Source of the DNA: Phallusia mammillata
Taxonomy: Eukaryota
Length of the DNA: 64,000 bases
Direction: 5' to 3'
Assembly: GCA_965637545.1 (NCBI GenBank)
Contig: OZ281496.1
Coordinates: 6,882,001-6,946,000, forward strand
In this document: one piece after another, positions 47,720-59,368 of the stretch
Layout of the letters: every line of letters starts with the position of its first letter
Position numbering within the stretch: position 1 is the stretch's first letter
The notes under the pieces: model-generated
What the model was told of the DNA's origin: nothing
Database searches by the model: none
Seen by the model: only the letters and a program-made list of their open reading frames with translations
Translations under genes and position numbers: made by a program

Positions 47720-49040
47720 AGACCGGTCACCGTAGCAGCTGAATGAGTGTGTAACATCACGCCGCGTAGTTGATACCTAAATTGGAATTCAAAGCACAGG
47801 CTAAGTATACGCTGCTAAACGTTAATTGATTGACTGCATGCTCTGAGTCAAACTAGTCAATAGCTTACTGTAACACAAACTCGTACAAACGTCGGAGATC
47901 GCACCTACACAACTAATTTCTGTCTACATTATTTTGTGTACGCGCAACAACTGGTCATAGTAAGCCAGATTAAACGTCAGCTAAGAAATTTCACTTGCAG
48001 ATATAAGGCCGATGCTAGGCTTAGAAAACATTATAATGTAACGCAAAGGTCTCTTATATCTGTGAATTTGTTAAAACAAAGTATAATTAAATCCCTGTAG
48101 TGGGATTCCATCGCATGTTAGATTTTTCTGGTCTGCTCCTTGTGCAAATTTAAGCGAGATTGACAGATATTGCAATTAATGTCTTACAGTATTTCGTTTG
48201 ATTATGTTTCTTGATGGTAATATTTCCTAAAATTCAATTGTTTCAAAGTTTGCCTTAATTTCTATGTGGAAAATTTCTGAATTTCTTTTCCTTTATGCTG
48301 AACAATGTCGCATCATCAGTGTTTTAAAATATGGTATAGCTTGAAGCAGTTTTTCTTTGCGTTGTAAATATACTTAAGATTCGTGGTTCCGCTCGTAAGA
48401 ACATATCCTAGAAGCAACACTTTTCAACACTTAACTTTTAAATAAACACTAACAACCCTTAATTTTTCTGCATTAATAAAAGGCAAATGAACCCCGGCTG
48501 AGGATTCTCTGGTACTCCGATTTGTACACTTCTCGTCAGCAGTTTGGTGATGACGAGTAAATGACTTTTTCGTAACACACAAAGCAAAAACGTTTGAAAA
48601 TTAATTTTGCATAATATAAAAACGAATAAATGTAATCAAATAGTTAACATTTGGAAAAACAACTTGTAAACTACTTGTTGGCTTGCATCACGCAATTTGA
48701 GGTGTTAACTGACACTTTGTGCAATTTCGTTTCCCTATTCAGAAAAACGCTTCGTCCCACTGTTGTGTACAACCACATGCAAAGTGTTCACACGCGTCAC
48801 TGTAGCTGAATGAGTGTGTAACATCACGCATAGTTGACACCTAAATTGTCATTCAAAAACCAGTCAAAGCATACGCTGCCAACCGTTCTATTGGAAAAAA
48901 ACGCCACATATACCATTCGTCCCTGACTGCATGCATGCCCTTGGTCAAACTAGCTAATTGCTTCCTGTAATACAAAAAAGTGAAAACGTCGGAGGTCACA
49001 GCTGCATAACTGATTACTGTCTAAATTAGTTTGTGAACGC
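47720..49040 (+). repeat. Diverged ~280-bp direct repeat (~47720-48000 and ~48795-49040)
   Basis: Shared gtcac.gtagc.gaatgagtgtgtaacatcacgc...cctaaattg...tacgctg...gtcaaactag...acgtcggag. Confidence 0.75.
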
Positions 49041-50671
49041 GATGCAAATGGAAACAGTAGCCCTGTTGAGGGATTTTCAGTAGCGAGGCAAAGCAAGTGG
49101 AAAGTTTAATTGGTTTGTTAAGACGATTTTTTCACAGGCTTCATATTTGACCAGCAGTTAGGTTAATTTGAGTGTGTAATATGACTGCAGTTGTAAATAA
49201 AGCGAAAGTTAGTATTACTTGTAATATTTTCCACAAATGTAATAAAATCGGCGCAGAAGTGTTTTCACCGATGTGTTAGTACCTGACCAACTGAAATGAT
49301 TTTTCACATGTCTTAATTAACCGTTTTGACTAATCAGTTACCAGTCCCCAGGCCCAGTTTATGACCACTATAAATGACTCTTGTAATTGAACACGCTGGG
49401 AAAGGAAATTGTTGCACAGCTGACTGCCGCGTCGCTAAGCCACTTGATCAGATCAGCACGTATGAGACACAATGCGGTTAAGTAAAACCATGTTAATAAG
49501 CACACGCATAGTTATTTTACTGCCTTGTTCCACAAACAATATTTGTGACCGAAAGCGTGTGAATTAGGATTCTATTGAACACGATACTATCTACTGCACG
49601 ATAAAACGGTAAGTTAGAATAAATCTCATTAGCAAATAGTCAGGCAGCTTGATCAGCAACTTGTATGTCAGTTGTGTCACATTAGTTCACACAAACAAGT
49701 ATGTCGCAGTAAGTAAAAAAGTTTCTATGGTATATTAAAATAAAAATAAGAAAGACTTTGTCACGTGTGTTTAAAAACTTGGTTGTTTGTCACATTGGCT
49801 ACAGGGAGTTGCTTTAGGTTAAAGTTACACGGATATCGCGCATAATTAAATACCCGATTTATGAAAGTACTGAACAACGCATTTTGATTTTACCAGCGAC
49901 AGTGGACTGTATAACGGTTTGGCCCAGTTCGGACCCGGACCATTATAATTAACGCTTGTAATCTGACACGCTGGAAAAGGAAATTGTTGCACAGCTGACT
50001 GCTGCATTGCGAAGCAAGATAATGCCGATCGCTCAACACTTCAGTCGAAAATTAGTCCATACGTAATTAAGTGTTTGTTCTGTTTAAAACTTGTGTTTGG
50101 TTCTGTTAACTTTGTAATGTTTTCAACAAAGCAAGTCCAGAAATGGTCCACAAAAGTTTCGTTTCTTTGTTGTGATGGCTTACATTTTATTTTATTTTGT
50201 TAAATTCTGACATAAAAATATAAGCAGCTTGTTTCAAAATTGCTTCAAATCAGACTACCTTTTTTACTAAAAGAAGCATTGAGCTTTTAGTAACTGTACA
50301 CAAACATGAAAAATATGAAGTATTACGTTTTTGCTGTCAACAAAGTTTTGTTGTTTTGCTGCTTACGAACAACGCGCACAATGCTCTTTGTACGTCAAAA
50401 AAAATCTTCCAGTGTTTTGATAGTTAGAACAAAAATTGCCAACTTCATCGATTATAGAATCCTAAAGTTTGAAGAAATCGATTCTTTTTGTTATTGGATT
50501 TTGTTACTGGTTGAGTCTGACATATAATTAAGTTCTTGTCAAATAATTTTGATTTTCCCTCAGTTGGTTTGTCCTAGTTGCGAACCAATATAAGTGAGGG
50601 GTAATCTACACGCTGGAAAAGGAAGTTTTTAAATAGCTGGCTGCCACATCGCTAAGTAGTTGATACTAGTT

Positions 50672-50947
50672 TAGTGGTTCCCAACCTTTTTTGCTACATT
50701 CCTCCCTTTGCCCATTTTCGAACTATCCATTCCTCCCCATAAGACGAAAAACAAATATAACTTAAAAAATTATAACAATTTGAAATAGACCTTATAGCTA
50801 GGGATGTCCATTTCAGAATCCTTTACAACTAGTTTCAAATTTAAACCGGGTCCAAATTATAATGGACATAATAATGTATTAAAAAAACACTTCCCCTGAA
50901 CTCATTTCTTCCCTTTGGAGGAATTCCTCCCCGGTTGGGAGCCGCTG
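50672..50947. mobile_element. hAT MITE (276 bp)
   Basis: TIR TAGTGGTTCCCAACC...GGTTGGGAGCCGCTG; TSD TACTAGTT/TACTAGCT (7/8). Confidence 0.82.
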
Positions 50948-51327
50948 TACTAGCTAGTTGGAAATTCACTTGTGAATTATGCTTTGTAGATAGTTAATCA
51001 CATTAGTGTTTGTTCTGTATATTTGAATCTCATTACTCAAGTGTAGTATTATCCAATATATTTACCTTTGCACACATGTTGTTGGAAATTTGTAGTATGA
51101 AGTCGATATAGGTTTGCTTCTACTTTCCGGTACGTAGTAAGTTTGTTCAACTAAAATTATGTCAAACAATATTACACATAACATTTCCATGTTTTAAACT
51201 TCGGAACAGCAATTAAAGCATTCAGAACAATAGTAAAATTACTAACAACTTTCTTCAGGTCATAACATAGTACTCATGATTCAGAGAAAACTTTTTGTTA
51301 TAATACCTGGACAACTAATTTGACGAG

Positions 51328-52272
51328 ATGGAATTTCAGGATTTTAAAATCGAGCAAAGTGATGTATATGATCTGAGGTTAATTGAACGTGGAAATATAA
51401 AACGACATAAGCTGAAACGCTGTCTTCCGAAACTTCATCGATGTGATGTTTGTGAAAAAACTTTTATCCGAAGTGGAACTTTGAAAATACATATGTTGAC
51501 TCACACTGGAGAAAAAACACATCGATGTGTTGTTTGTGATAAAGGGTTTGCTCGTGGTGTATACTTAAAATCACACATGTTGACCCACACCAAAAAGAAA
51601 CTTCATCGATGTGATGTTTGTGAAAAGAGTTTCAATTTTAGTTCAAATTTGAGAAGACACATGTTGACCCACGCCAAAAACAATCCTTATCGATGTGATA
51701 CTTGTGATAAAAGATTTACACTAAGAGGAAGCTTGAACACCCACATGTTGATTCACACTAAACAAAAACCTCATCGATGTGTTGTTTGTGAAAAAAAATT
51801 CAGTATCATTTCAAATTTAAAAACGCACATGTTGACCCACACTAAACAAAAACCTCATCGATGTGATTTTTGTGAAAAGAGTTTCAGTGTCAGTTCAACT
51901 TTGAAAACACACATGTTGACACATACTAAAGCGAAACCACATCGATGTGATGTTTGTGAAAAGAAATTCAGTATTATTTCAAATTTGAAAAGACACATGT
52001 TGACTCACACTAAAGAGAAACTTTTTCGATGTGAAATTTGTGATAAAAAGTTTTCCCGAAGTGGAAATTTGAAAAGACACATGTCAACCCACACTAAAGA
52101 GAAACCACATCGATGTGATGCTTGTGGAAAGAGTTTCAGTGACATTTCAAGTTTGAAAAGACACATGTTGACTCACACTAAAGAGAAACCACATCGATGT
52201 GATGCTTGTGGAAAGAGTTTCAGTGACATTTCAAATTTGAAAAGACACGTGTTGGCTCACAACCTAAAGTAA
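51328..52272 (+). CDS. C2H2 zinc-finger protein 4 (314 aa, 10 intact fingers, no effector domain)
   Basis: Uninterrupted ORF; the last two fingers are a near-exact 84-bp duplication. Confidence 0.92.
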   Translation: MEFQDFKIEQSDVYDLRLIERGNIKRHKLKRCLPKLHRCDVCEKTFIRSGTLKIHMLTHTGEKTHRCVVCDKGFARGVYLKSHMLTHTKKKLHRCDVCEKSFNFSSNLRRHMLTHAKNNPYRCDTCDKRFTLRGSLNTHMLIHTKQKPHRCVVCEKKFSIISNLKTHMLTHTKQKPHRCDFCEKSFSVSSTLKTHMLTHTKAKPHRCDVCEKKFSIISNLKRHMLTHTKEKLFRCEICDKKFSRSGNLKRHMSTHTKEKPHRCDACGKSFSDISSLKRHMLTHTKEKPHRCDACGKSFSDISNLKRHVLAHNLK

Positions 52273-54148
52273 CTTTACCGTTGTGATGTTCATTAAAAGG
52301 TTAACGTAGGCTCCAAGTTGCCTTTTGTATGGATTTTGATTCTAAACAATGTGAAAAAAACATGTACCACACAAAGTAACAATAGAAACGGTAACTCCAT
52401 GTAGCCTACATTTGACGTTGTTCACCTAACTATTTTAATCTACAGTAATTTAAGTTCTGCCCCAGTCCGTGGGATATTCGATTGCTGTACATTAGGAATT
52501 TATTCACAGTATTACAAAAACAACACTTAGCTTCAATCACGCAATCATTTGCTTTATAAACGCTGTCGAAAATTTTTGAATAAAATCAATCATAACCAAG
52601 CAATGCATTGTCGGTTTTCACAAACGCAAGTAAACAACATATTCGTTTTGAACGTCATGGCAGACCAGCATTATTTTTGTATATAATGTGTATGTGTGAC
52701 CATCTCTATTTTCATGCAAAATAATGTACCTGATCTAATACATTGTATATCAAAATTATATCCAAAAACCAGTTTCGATAATCAATCCGTAGTTTGTTCC
52801 ATAAACGAAGGACAAAAATCAGCTCATCTGCTTCGAAAACAGAAATATTTTGTTTTCACAATTCATTCTCATGCTGTACAAAACTTTCCTATTCCGGTCT
52901 AGTTCAATATCTGTCTAAATCATTAATATGGAACGACAACCTGAACTGACGTAACGTATTTACATTGTTGAGGTGTTTTGATTTTTTGTAACAAAATCAA
53001 CCAGTTTAAAAGTGCTTTCATCAATAAACATCACTTTTCTTCACTTTGCAGCTGTCCAACATCGGTATTTGTTAAAAAAAGTTAAAGCATTTTCTTCCTC
53101 ATTGCTGCAGTGAGCATGGGCTTCTTTGCTGCACGGCGACATGGTAGCTTAAGATAGGGCAAAATTGTGCAAGACAGAAAAAATATTTGTAAGAAGGTTT
53201 CAAATGCCATCTAAATTACGTAAACTTGTAATCTTGTGTGTAGGAACTCCATGTTTTGCTTTTATTGACAAAAATTATTGGTTATTTTTCCTCAAATAAG
53301 CCATGGAAAAACCTCCAAAATACCAATTGGACCATCTAATCAAACAAAAGTTTTTACACATCTGCAAAATGGCAATCAACTCGACAAATGATGCAGTTTG
53401 AGTCCCACCAAACAAGTAGTTGTCAAATTTACCCAAAAAGAAAAAGTGAAACAACTTTTTTCTGTTCTTACCTGTTTGGATGGTGCACGGAAAATTCCTA
53501 TAAAACTCCCTACAAATAAGCAATATAATTTTGTTTTTAAGAACTCTTATGCAAACTTGACGTTGATAAGAAATGGAAATTATTTCATGGAAAATTAATA
53601 AACATTAAAACAAGTAATTTAAACATCAAAAAGTTATTAAAATTATTTAAAGAACAAATATCTCTATCATAAAAGATGATCTAAGGTAGCGGTATCCAAA
53701 TTAATGGTGTGGATTTTTTTTTTTTTTTTTAACTTTACTTTATGTTTCTTACCAAAAGCAATTTCATAAATATTAGGAAACACAACACAGACCAAGACCT
53801 AGACAACATTGCAGTTAGGAATCAAGTCGAAAAATACACAAGTTATTTCACTAATAAAGCTTGTTACTCGTATCGTATCTACAAACGAATTGTTGACAAC
53901 AAAATACAAAATGGCGTTTACACTCGGTTTCGATCAAACACATATTTTAAGTTTCTGTCTAAGCTGATAAAGTGGTTGTGCCATGAGTCGTAGCAGCCAT
54001 GGGCGTAGCAGCCAGAGCTTGTACTATTACATAGTATAACGTAATGTGAGAGAGTGTAAGACAAAATATATACTAAACCAACCTAACTAAACCACGTAGC
54101 TAACGATAAAATCCAATAACTGTTTATAAATTTTGGCAAGATTTAAAC

Positions 54149-54799
54149 ATGAGTCATGATTATCAGAATAATGATGCTGGTGCTTACAAAAATATTGGAT
54201 AAATCGAGGCGACATTCGACAAGCTGTAACTAACAAAAAGAAACCAGGAACAATGAACATTGTTCGAAAATGACAGTTAAACATTGAGTGTTAAAAATAT
54301 TTTAGATTTCCGAAACGATTCCATATTAACCGAGTTTTATTAATAAGCTGTGACAGGCTCACTATTTTGCACTATAACAACGTAATAAAGAATAAATCAA
54401 TAAAAATATTTTTTTAAAGTAGTTTACACAAAGCTTATAAGCTTTGTATATTATATTTCAGATGAATATGTTTCAATGAAATCTACAGTTGAAACTGTTC
54501 ATGATTATGGTAAGTCAGTTTTCAAAACCCTAAAAACCGAAACAAAAACAATTTAGGCCGTATGTTTAATTTACACTTAAGTTCTACGTTTGTTAACTTT
54601 CTACTTTTTCCCGATGAACTAAGTTTTAGGATCATTGTGTATACTACGCAGAACCTGATACAATTCCACCAAGTAATCAACCTCAGGAGAAGTCTTCAAA
54701 AACTGTAATCATCGTCTTATTTCTGTGATTGTACTCCTTGTTTTTTTTTTGTTAGTTGTTGCACTAGTGTTTTCCCTTACAAGTTCTGACGCGAATTAA
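54149..54799 (+). pseudogene. Copy B of the Tyr-motif membrane-protein gene
   Basis: MSHDYQNNDAGAYKNIG* (1-nt loss creates a stop); first donor GT>GA; middle exon DEYVSMKSTVETVHDY intact; TM exon has indels. Confidence 0.75.
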
Positions 54800-56199
54800 T
54801 TACTGATTTCTTTCCGTCCTTGATCAACATTGCATTTATGCTGCTCAATTTGTGCAATTTTGATAATTTCTCATGTTTTTACTTCACAATTTTACAATTC
54901 GCTTGACAGTAATAGAGCAATAATGTTGTGTTGTGATGGCTTGTTGTATTATTGATTAATTCCACTGCAAATGCATCAATGGTGTTCGTGTTAGCAAACA
55001 ACTGCTGTGGTATTTCTACTTCTTCTGTTACATGTTAGATTGTATTACACGGAGGAGGCGTGGTTTTTCGTGGACTTAAAAAGTTTTACATCGAAATGGT
55101 CAGTTTAGATCGACATTTTGGTGTCTGTTTGTTTGAGTTATCTGTTTGGTACGATCAAACCCTTGGTGCACAAAATCGTTTATTAACTAATCCAGTTAGC
55201 AGATAATAAGTAAGCGTTCAACGCAAGTTTTGTTCAGTGAAGTGTAACAAAAAATTTGACTCGATGGTGTCAAATCCCTTTACCGTTGTCCTTACTGATA
55301 TCCATTGCAACATATACTGTTCATGGGATCAGCTACCAATCCTTTGAAACAATGGGCTTGATTCAATGAACAATACCATACCATGTTATCAATGTGCCCA
55401 ATAAAAAAGTATTTATCATAAGCAGGCCAGGATTTGTAATGTAGGTACAGTTTGAGTAAATAATTTTTCGAGTTAGAGAGTTCCAATTGCAGAATGAGTT
55501 AAACTTGTTAATGATAAATTTTCGTATAATTTCTATTTTACCTAAGCAATTTAAAGCTATATCAAACTGATATTAAAGCTTTCGATAGTCGTTTGAGTTT
55601 AGTGCAAAGTAATTATTAAAAATTATCAATATTTGTCTAAAGACCTCATTTCGAACATTGCATTGGTTAATCTGGGTTTGATTTCGAACCTTGCGTTGCA
55701 GTCTAACGCCGTATTTAATTGCGCTACATATGTGTGACGTAATAATAGAACGGAAAGGCTGGATAGGCGCCGATCGTTGACTTTAGATGCTTGCTGCAAC
55801 AAATTGCTTGTTGCTGCCATCCTTAGTAATCAGTGTTGAAAAGCGAATTGATTGTTTATATTAAAGGCAAGCACTGAAAACCCTCTATAAATTTTAAGGT
55901 TTACTTGGCCACTTGAGTGACCACTATGCACACTTTCAATTACCTTTTATGGAATTCTCTTGCCCCAAGACACACAGACAATCAGATGTTAACCTGTGTA
56001 GTTTCTCATAATGATTCATAATGTTGCAGATTGTGGTAATAGTAAACATTTCTGATATGTACATCAACAATAAAGTACTTACGAATCTGCAGGTAACAAG
56101 CAAGCACAACAACATCAACAACAAACGATAAAACCAAGTGTTTCAAAGAAACAATGTTTACAGTACTTTTTTGACAAGGATCTTTTGATGAACAAACCA

Positions 56200-56900
56200 T
56201 CAGCAAAAGTCATTACATCCAACAAGTTCTTTACTAAAGTTCTACCCATGCTAAAATGTTTCAACATAACAGAATCAGCGCTCGGTAATTTATCTTTGGA
56301 TCCTATAAACTTTTGCTTAAAATTTGCCATTAAAATTCGCAAAATGTGTGCTGGCCATTAAAATTCGCAAAATGTGTGCTTCTTTACTTTCCAGATTATC
56401 ATACTCGCAAAAGATCAGATTTCAAAAGTCAAGCTTTTTTTTAATTTCAAAGCTAGGCAATATTGCAGGGAAAAAACATTATGTTACGTCATTCTCAAAA
56501 CGAACATCACTAATGGCCAGCAAAGAGCAGCGTTTTCTGTAATATCAAACTAATTTATGGAAAGGTAAGGTGGAAATATGCATGAAATTTTTTAATCACT
56601 ATTATCAATGAAATTAACAAATAGTTAAAAAAACACTTACTTTGCTGTCGTTTTTTCAGAGGTAAAAGAGTCAGTCATTAATAATTATTATAATAACAAG
56701 TTCGTACAAGACTCAAATACTAGCCTGCATTGCGAGTAAACGTTTTCAGTGCAACTTATTAAAGGTTCAGCTAAGGAGTTTTGCAAATTCAGGCATTCAT
56801 TTTTTTCAGCGTTTATCCAGTAGTAAATTCGATGTTGGATTGGCTTGCAGCAAAATCTACAGAAGTTATGGTTACAATATGGAATGTAGGTAGATTATTT
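56200..56900 (+). pseudogene. Intelectin-like remnants plus the VYP exon, copy B
   Basis: Homologous to 20830-21900: cagcaaagagcagcgttttctgtaatatcaaac (~56518) and VYPVVNSMLDWLAAKSTEVM (~56810). Confidence 0.62.
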
Positions 56901-59368
56901 AAATTGCCATGTTTTTTGAAAAATAAAAAAAAGTATTGGTGCCGGTTTATATCCACACAACTCAAGGTTGTTATCCAGACGGAATTGCAGAAAACCGTAC
57001 ATATGTGCATTACTTTTGGATATGGGTTTGTAAAGAACAAGTAAAATAAAAATAGTTTTTGTTAAAACTAATTAAGTGTCTTGGTATTACTACCCGATGG
57101 GATTTATGTCTATATTGCCACGATAATTTATGTTTAATGCTTCACAGTACGTCATTTCATAGCAGCTAGCAAAACAGGTCGTATGCTCTGGTGACTATTT
57201 AATACCTGTTGACGAGCGCACAACGATTTCCGCACATACAACGTCTCATGTTAAGCAACGCTGGTAAACGCTACGTTAGCACGCGTAAATTATCCAATAC
57301 TATACAGCTTTCATAAATAGATGATTATTCCTTTAAAACTGTTACGCCTCAAATCACCTGTCTATAGGAACCATCTTCGTACCGTTGCTTTTATCAATCT
57401 ATTATAACACTTATCGAGTATAAATTAATGTAATCTGAAATCTGTTGAAAGTTTAAGGTGTAGGACATTATATGGGTATGGAATACAAATTAAACCAATT
57501 TTGCGTCCGTTAACAACTTTATATATCGTTTTATCAAACTTCTTACTCATTTTATGTTGTCCTAAATTTTGCCCAGCACTAGCACACGTTCATTCATGTG
57601 TGACTGGACTCATATTTCAGACATTTCAAACCTACGAATGATTTGTATGGATCGTGCCGTTTTTTAGTAGCAAGGCACTCACCAACATTGGGTTGAGTTT
57701 ATTTCGCCGGGCAAAATCGTAGCAACACAGATGCGCTAAAAATTCACCAAGCAGGAAATAGTTCCACAACGTCCAGGCGTTGGAAGTTAAGGGCACAATT
57801 CATGGATAGATGTCAGACGCGCTGCAGCTACGCAGTTTCCTTCTCGTCTAAAACACTTGTTTAGATTTTCTTAGTCGAGTTGAGTTTATTTTGCTTGGTG
57901 AAAGACAAATTAGAGAAGCAATAGCACTAAAAACAACCACCAAGCTGGAAACATCCGCGCAACGTTAAAACGTTATTGAGCGCAAAAAAGTAAAGGGCAC
58001 AGTTAGTGGATGATGCCAAGTGGCGCTGCAGCTACACCGTATTATAAAGCGTTAAGTGGCTGGGGCTCACAAGAAAATGCGGTTGACGCAGTGTGTGGGT
58101 AAACACGACTGGTTGAGTGCCAAAAAAGTAAAGGGCACAATTGGTGGATGATACCAAAACGCGCTGCAGCTACACCATATTATAAAGCGTTATGTGACTG
58201 GGGCTAACAAGAAAGTGAGGTTGACACAATGTTGGTAAGCACGATTGATTGAGTGTCAAAATGTGTGGAAAATTGGGTTAGTTTGGCAAAGTTAGCATTG
58301 TTACCCAAAACATTTAGACAGAATTGAATAGGTGTCGAAAAAAATAATTTATATCTGTCTAATCATTGCCTCGCGATTCATACCTGCAATGTAGTCACCT
58401 TTTTATAAATTGTGAACAGGTCCAGTTATTATATATGCAATATTTTTATGATGGGTAAATAAGGCAACGCCCAATTACGCAATGCAATAGAGCTATCAAC
58501 AGCAGCAGCATGCGTCTTAATCTGAAATCAAAACAAATCTGTTCACCTTTAGTTAGCTCTATAGAACGGCTGTGACGTAACAAAGGAACAGTGACGCTTT
58601 TCTAACGCTTTGGTCGATTTTCCATCTTTTCTTGCGGAAGTCGACATGTCTACACATCTACGTAGGCGCGATTAGCTCAAATTCCTTCTAAATAACAACA
58701 AAGGATCTATTCTAAGAGTTTGTTGGTCTATGCATTTAACGTTATTAACAACGTTGGGTTTAGTACGACTCGTTTGCAATTGCGATAGGACATAACAAAA
58801 TTGCAGGCGCGAGATAACAGAAAAAATGTGCATTAAAAGCTTAATTGCCACTTTTTTGTCTAATATTGTAAATTTGGCATGATGACGTAACGAAGCCCGT
58901 TGGGGTAACCGCTTTAGACTTGCAAGTCGTGCATGTAGTAAGCGCTATGCCGGTTGACTGCACGAATCACTTTGATATTACGAAGTAGTACATTGTATAA
59001 ACGGTATTCATGTTTGCCGTAAAGCTTTTTAGATGAACAGCGGGGAGCAAATGGCCTATCTACGTACTAAGCTATAGTTAAATGCACGAGACTCGTTAGG
59101 GAACCCGCCTAAAGCGTACAATGTAGTGTATGAAATAAGCGATTTGGTTGACTGCCAAAAGCTCGTTAAAAATTTCTCTTTATGCGGAAATACAGAATAT
59201 CTTGTTGCAAAAAGTTTAGGATAACAAATAGTTTAATTTGGGCAAAGCATACAGTTATACTTAAAATACGTGTTAGTTTTACACAAATTACACCTGATCA
59301 CTCCGCACCGTTCCTTTGTTTTTCGTATTTAAAAAAGAAAAAATTAAACTTTTACTAAACTGAGCAAA

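Noticed and set aside
38261-52272. 84-bp periodic repeats as a CRISPR-like array
   Set aside because: They are in-frame C2H2 finger units with no unique spacers, in eukaryotic DNA.
56325-56380. 28-bp tandem duplication (similar ones near 3275 and 29080)
   Set aside because: Ordinary slippage duplications in decayed or intronic sequence.
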